The translations under genes were made by a program, and so were the position numbers. Below are positions 60,656 through 64,000 of a stretch of 64,000 nucleotides of DNA, in pieces. Source of the stretch: Myxococcota bacterium. GTDB lineage: Bacteria; Myxococcota_A; UBA9160; UBA4427. Each line of letters opens with the position of its first letter. The stretch's first letter is position 1. The notes under the pieces are model-generated. The model did not search any database. It worked only from the letters and a program-made list of their open reading frames with translations, and was not told where the DNA came from. Location: the NCBI GenBank assembly GCA_036336835.1, contig JAYZFK010000097.1:1371-65370 (forward strand), read 5' to 3'.

Positions 60656-61354
60656 TCACCGACCTTCGCTGTACTCGCGGTCGAGATAGCGGACGATATC
60701 CGCGGATTCGAACAGCCGGGCGCCCGTATTGGGATCCGCCAGATAGGGCACCTGCAGCCCACTGTCGCGCTCCGGGAAGGCCTCGCGGCGGGGACTCCCG
60801 GCCGCCACGTTGTGGAGTACATAGGGAAGCTCGAGCTCGCACAACCGCTCCCGTACCAGCCGGCAGTACGGCGAGGCCTCGAACGACCACAGCGCGAGCG
60901 GCTGCTCCGGTGCTCGCGAGCTCTCGGCGACGACACCGCGCGCGGCGCGCGCGAGGCCCGCGATGGTCGATCCCAGATCCGTCAGCGGCCCGAGCGCGAG
61001 CCAGACCGGCACCCGGCCGTCGCCATACCGTTCGAATAGGTGCGCGATGATGGCATCCGACTCATACAGCTCGACACCCGCATTCGCGTCCACGAGATAA
61101 GGAAACTGCAGCTTGCCGCCCCGCTCGTGCAGCACCGATCGATAACGCTCGCCGCGCTTCGGGCACGGGTACAGCATCACCTCGAGGTCGAGCACCGACA
61201 GCGCTTCGCGCACCTTGCGACAGAACGGACACGCCTCGAAATCGAACAGCTCCAGCCGCTGCGCGGGCCGCGTCCCGAGCGGACCGACCGCACGGCCAGC
61301 TCCCAGCCGCAGAGCAGAAACCGTAAACGAGGTCACGACATCGAGTGCGCGCAC
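60656..61354 (-). CDS. Protein with two tandem glutaredoxin / GST-N-like thioredoxin-fold domains
   Basis: GTG 61354 is preceded by GAGGA at 7-nt spacing. Domain 1 reads LELFDFEACPFCRKVREALSVLDLEV...QFPYLVDANAGVELYESDAIIAHL. Domain 2 reads LALWSFEASPYCRLVRERLCELELPY...QVPYLADPNTGARLFESADIVRYL. The track ORF 60656..61474 overlaps the upstream gene. Confidence 0.7.
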   Translation of the reverse strand: MRALDVVTSFTVSALRLGAGRAVGPLGTRPAQRLELFDFEACPFCRKVREALSVLDLEVMLYPCPKRGERYRSVLHERGGKLQFPYLVDANAGVELYESDAIIAHLFERYGDGRVPVWLALGPLTDLGSTIAGLARAARGVVAESSRAPEQPLALWSFEASPYCRLVRERLCELELPYVLHNVAAGSPRREAFPERDSGLQVPYLADPNTGARLFESADIVRYLDREYSEGR

Positions 61355-61364
61355 GCCCCTGTCC

Positions 61365-62678
61365 TCAGAAGAACCACTCGCCGAGAAGATACCCGAAGGC
61401 CCCGCGATCCCCGTACTCCGAGCGTGTGGGCCCCACGCCCACCTGAACGCCCAACGAGAGCTCGACCGATCCACTCGGGGACCACACGAGCGAGGGGAAG
61501 AGCATCAGACTCCTTCCGCTCCAGTCGACCAGGCTCAGGAGGTCACCGCGAAGCTCCGGAGTCAGATCGTAACCGAGCTCCACACCGGTCAGGTTCCGCG
61601 CGCCGGTCACGACCCGGCTCGTGCCGAAGCGGTCGCGCGACGCGGGAACACCAGGGGGCTGAAAGAGCGGCAGCAGGGGACCAGCGAGGCCCGAGCCGAA
61701 CCCAAGCGCCCCGCCGTTGTACAGCTGCTCGACCAGCAGGTAGAGCCCGCTGCCGACATCGAGATTGGTGTCGAGCGACACCACGACCTGCCAGAAATCG
61801 TCTGGCTCACGGGGCGCCGGCGAGCCGAACTCGAGAACCTCCCGCCCCGGGTCCGTCCAGACCGCCTCGAAGCGCACGGCAGCGTTGCCGAGGTTGCGCG
61901 AGCCGTCGAATCCAACGGTGGGCGCCTGCTCGAACCAGCCGCCGAGCATCGACCAGTCGGTGTCCCACAGCACGCCGTGCCAACGCGCCGCATAACTTGC
62001 GTCGTCGGGATCCCGCGCCGGGGCGTAGACGAGCTCGAGATAGTCGAAGCCGCTGAAGTTCCAGCGCAGATCGATGGCATCGACGCCGGGCGACTGATCC
62101 GGCTCGATGGCGAGCGGACCGATCGCGTTCAGTCGATCGATCGGGTTCCAGAGCCGACCCTCCCCCCACGCGATGCGCTGTCGACCGAGCACCGCCCGCA
62201 GCGGTCCCAGCTCGGCGGTGAGATAGCCGCGATACAACACCTGGCTCCAGGCTGCGTGACGACCGCTGGCGATCACGCTCTCGGCCCCCCAGAAGCTCTC
62301 GCGGGCGAAGGACGCGAGGAGGCCGTTCTCGAGCGTGGCGAGGTGACCCGCCGCGATATTCTGGTCGTAGACCAGGACTGCGGTGACGCGCTCGCCCGCC
62401 TGCAGATCGAGGCGCGCGCGCAGCCGCGTGAGGCTCTGGACGACCGTCTGCTCCCCGACCTCCAGGAAGGCGGGGCAGTTCGGAAACTCGGGCCCGGCGC
62501 AGCCCGCCGCAGCGCTCGAGAAGGCGTCGAGATCCGTCCCCTGGCCGACCTTCAGCAGCTGGCGCAGCGAGCCCGAGAAATCGAGCTGCCAGCCACCCGC
62601 GCTCCACAGCTCGCGCGCCTGCGACGCCGGCGCGAGCAGCAGAAGCACCAACGCCGCGACCGCCGATCGCGGTGTCAC
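61365..62678 (-). CDS. Outer-membrane beta-barrel protein (DUF1302 / alginate-export-like)
   Basis: 437 aa. The signal peptide is MTPRSAVAALVLLLLAPASQA. LGRQRIAWGEGRLWNPIDRLN resembles the conserved plug/first-strand motif of DUF1302/AlgE-type barrels. The C-terminus is ...YLLGEWFF, with an aromatic terminal residue. The GTG start overlaps the ABC ATPase TGA. Confidence 0.65.
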   Translation of the reverse strand: MTPRSAVAALVLLLLAPASQARELWSAGGWQLDFSGSLRQLLKVGQGTDLDAFSSAAAGCAGPEFPNCPAFLEVGEQTVVQSLTRLRARLDLQAGERVTAVLVYDQNIAAGHLATLENGLLASFARESFWGAESVIASGRHAAWSQVLYRGYLTAELGPLRAVLGRQRIAWGEGRLWNPIDRLNAIGPLAIEPDQSPGVDAIDLRWNFSGFDYLELVYAPARDPDDASYAARWHGVLWDTDWSMLGGWFEQAPTVGFDGSRNLGNAAVRFEAVWTDPGREVLEFGSPAPREPDDFWQVVVSLDTNLDVGSGLYLLVEQLYNGGALGFGSGLAGPLLPLFQPPGVPASRDRFGTSRVVTGARNLTGVELGYDLTPELRGDLLSLVDWSGRSLMLFPSLVWSPSGSVELSLGVQVGVGPTRSEYGDRGAFGYLLGEWFF

Positions 62679-63394
62679 GATGCGGCCTTGCGTTCGTCTC
62701 CCACCACCCGGCCGTCTTGCAAACGAATGACCCGGCGGGCGGCTTCCATGACGCGTGGATCATGGGTCGAGAACAGGAAGGTCACCCCGTGGTCGCGATT
62801 CAGCTGATGCATCAGCTCGAGCAGGGAGTCCGCCGTCTTCGAATCCAGATTGGCGGTCGGCTCGTCCGCAAGCACCAGCCGCGGCCGGCTCGCGATCGAC
62901 CGCGCGACCGCAACACGCTGCTGCTGGCCTCCACTCATCTCGAGCGGTCGCTTCTCGCCGAGCCCGGCGAGCCCCACCTGCTCGAGTACCTCCTCGGCGC
63001 GCGCGCGACGCTGGGCGGGAGGGACACCCTGCAGCTCCATCACGAACTCGACGTTCTCCCGTGCGCTGAATACCGGGATCAGGTTGTAGGCCTGGAAGAC
63101 GAAGCCGAGCTTGCGCAGGCGGAGCTCCGACTGCTCCGCGGCTCCGAGCGAGGAGTAGTCCTGCCCGTCCAGACTCACCAAGCCAGCGTCCGGCACGTCG
63201 AGCGCCCCGAGCATGTTGAGCAGCGTCGTCTTGCCCGAGCCGCTGGGACCGGCGATTGCCGAGAACTCGCCCTCGCCGATCTCGAGGTCGACGCCGTCGA
63301 GTGCCCGGGTCGTAATGCCGCGCGTGTCGTACACCTTGACCAGTCCGACGGCCTCGAGCAGCATCTGCGCCTCTCCTTCCACCCGCTGTGTCAT
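62675..63394 (-). CDS. ABC transporter ATP-binding protein (LolD/MacB-type)
   Basis: ATG 63394 overlaps the permease TGA (ATGA). Motifs are GPSGSGKTTLLNMLG, LSGGQQQRVAVARS, LVLADEPTANLD and THD. Confidence 0.92.
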   Translation of the reverse strand: MTQRVEGEAQMLLEAVGLVKVYDTRGITTRALDGVDLEIGEGEFSAIAGPSGSGKTTLLNMLGALDVPDAGLVSLDGQDYSSLGAAEQSELRLRKLGFVFQAYNLIPVFSARENVEFVMELQGVPPAQRRARAEEVLEQVGLAGLGEKRPLEMSGGQQQRVAVARSIASRPRLVLADEPTANLDSKTADSLLELMHQLNRDHGVTFLFSTHDPRVMEAARRVIRLQDGRVVGDERKAAS

Positions 63395-64000
63395 GACCGG
63401 CGCAGCGCCTCGGCCGGCCGGTAGCGCGTCGCGCGGATCGCCGGCCACCAGCTCGCCAATCCGGCCGTGATACCGGCGACGACCAGCGGGATGAGCAGAT
63501 CGCTCGGACGCAGCACCGGAGCGATCCGCGGCGCGACGCCGTAGCTCGCCAGCCCCTCGGCGAAGGCACTGAGATCGATCCCATCGCGCAGCGCCAGCGC
63601 CCCCGCGAAGCCGATCCCCAGTCCGCTGACGACACCGACGATCGTGACCAGCAGCGACTCGAGCACGACGAGCACGATTACTTGTCCGCGTCGCATTCCC
63701 ATGGCGCGGAGCATCCCGATCTCGCGGGTGCGCTCGTGGACCGACATCAGCAGCACATTGGCGATTCCAAAGGCCATGGCGATGAACACCGCCGCGTACA
63801 GGTACCAGGCCATCATGTCGAAGGTCTGGACCATGTACAGGAGCAGGGGCTGCAGCTCGCTCCAGGTGCGCACCTCGGCCGTCCCGCCGAGTGACTTCAC
63901 TGCCCGCTGCGCCAACGCGTCGATCTCGTCGTCGTCACGAGCGACGGCAACCACCTCGGTCACCGCGCCGCCGAGTGCGAGGAGCTGCTGCGCCTCCGCG
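63391..64000 (-). CDS. ABC transporter permease, FtsX-like (5' end outside the window)
   Basis: The frame is open to the window edge. The C-terminal FtsX domain reads FIAMAFGIANVLLMSVHERTREIGMLRAMGMRRGQV...RATRYRPAEALR. Confidence 0.85.
   Translation of the reverse strand, partial: AEAQQLLALGGAVTEVVAVARDDDEIDALAQRAVKSLGGTAEVRTWSELQPLLLYMVQTFDMMAWYLYAAVFIAMAFGIANVLLMSVHERTREIGMLRAMGMRRGQVIVLVVLESLLVTIVGVVSGLGIGFAGALALRDGIDLSAFAEGLASYGVAPRIAPVLRPSDLLIPLVVAGITAGLASWWPAIRATRYRPAEALRRS

Overview
High-GC bacterial chromosomal window, almost fully coding. I call about 58 protein genes and 4 tRNA genes (Asp-GTC, Val-TAC, Leu-TAG, Lys-CTT). I saw no rRNA, CRISPR array, transposase, integrase or recognisable phage or defence genes. 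Gene content and style suggest a deltaproteobacterial or Myxococcota-like lineage, but that is inference only.

Most of the window is housekeeping: argJ (partial), secA, recN, nadK, rarA, the tig-clpP-clpX-lon block, rph-rdgB, rpoZ, murJ, mgtE, copA and cstA. Many track ORFs are high-GC antisense shadows or 5'-over-extended versions of real genes. I re-set starts from protein N-termini, Shine-Dalgarno motifs and 4-nt stop/start overlaps.

Items worth a second look:
1. A four-gene operon joined by three consecutive GTGA stop/start overlaps: Ddl-like ATP-grasp ligase, KamA-family radical-SAM aminomutase, MurJ flippase, fused 5-oxoprolinase. It sits divergent from a VanZ gene (29.8-37.8 kb).
2. 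A tRNA-bounded accessory segment (9.7-17.1 kb). It holds a DUF3604 protein, a sulfatase remnant, and a roughly 1065-aa secreted fusion of beta-propeller, di-heme peroxidase-like domain and thrombospondin-3 repeats.
3. An orphan pilT followed by a cytoplasmic histidine kinase whose H-box histidine is replaced by Arg.
4. Three small genes absent from the ORF track as called here: a 51-aa Lys-rich histone-H1-like repeat protein, a 30-aa bS22-like ribosomal protein, and a 52-aa membrane protein.
5. An operon of FtsX permease, ABC ATPase, beta-barrel outer membrane protein and a double glutaredoxin-fold protein at the right edge.

All functional calls come from motif recognition by eye. No database search was run.
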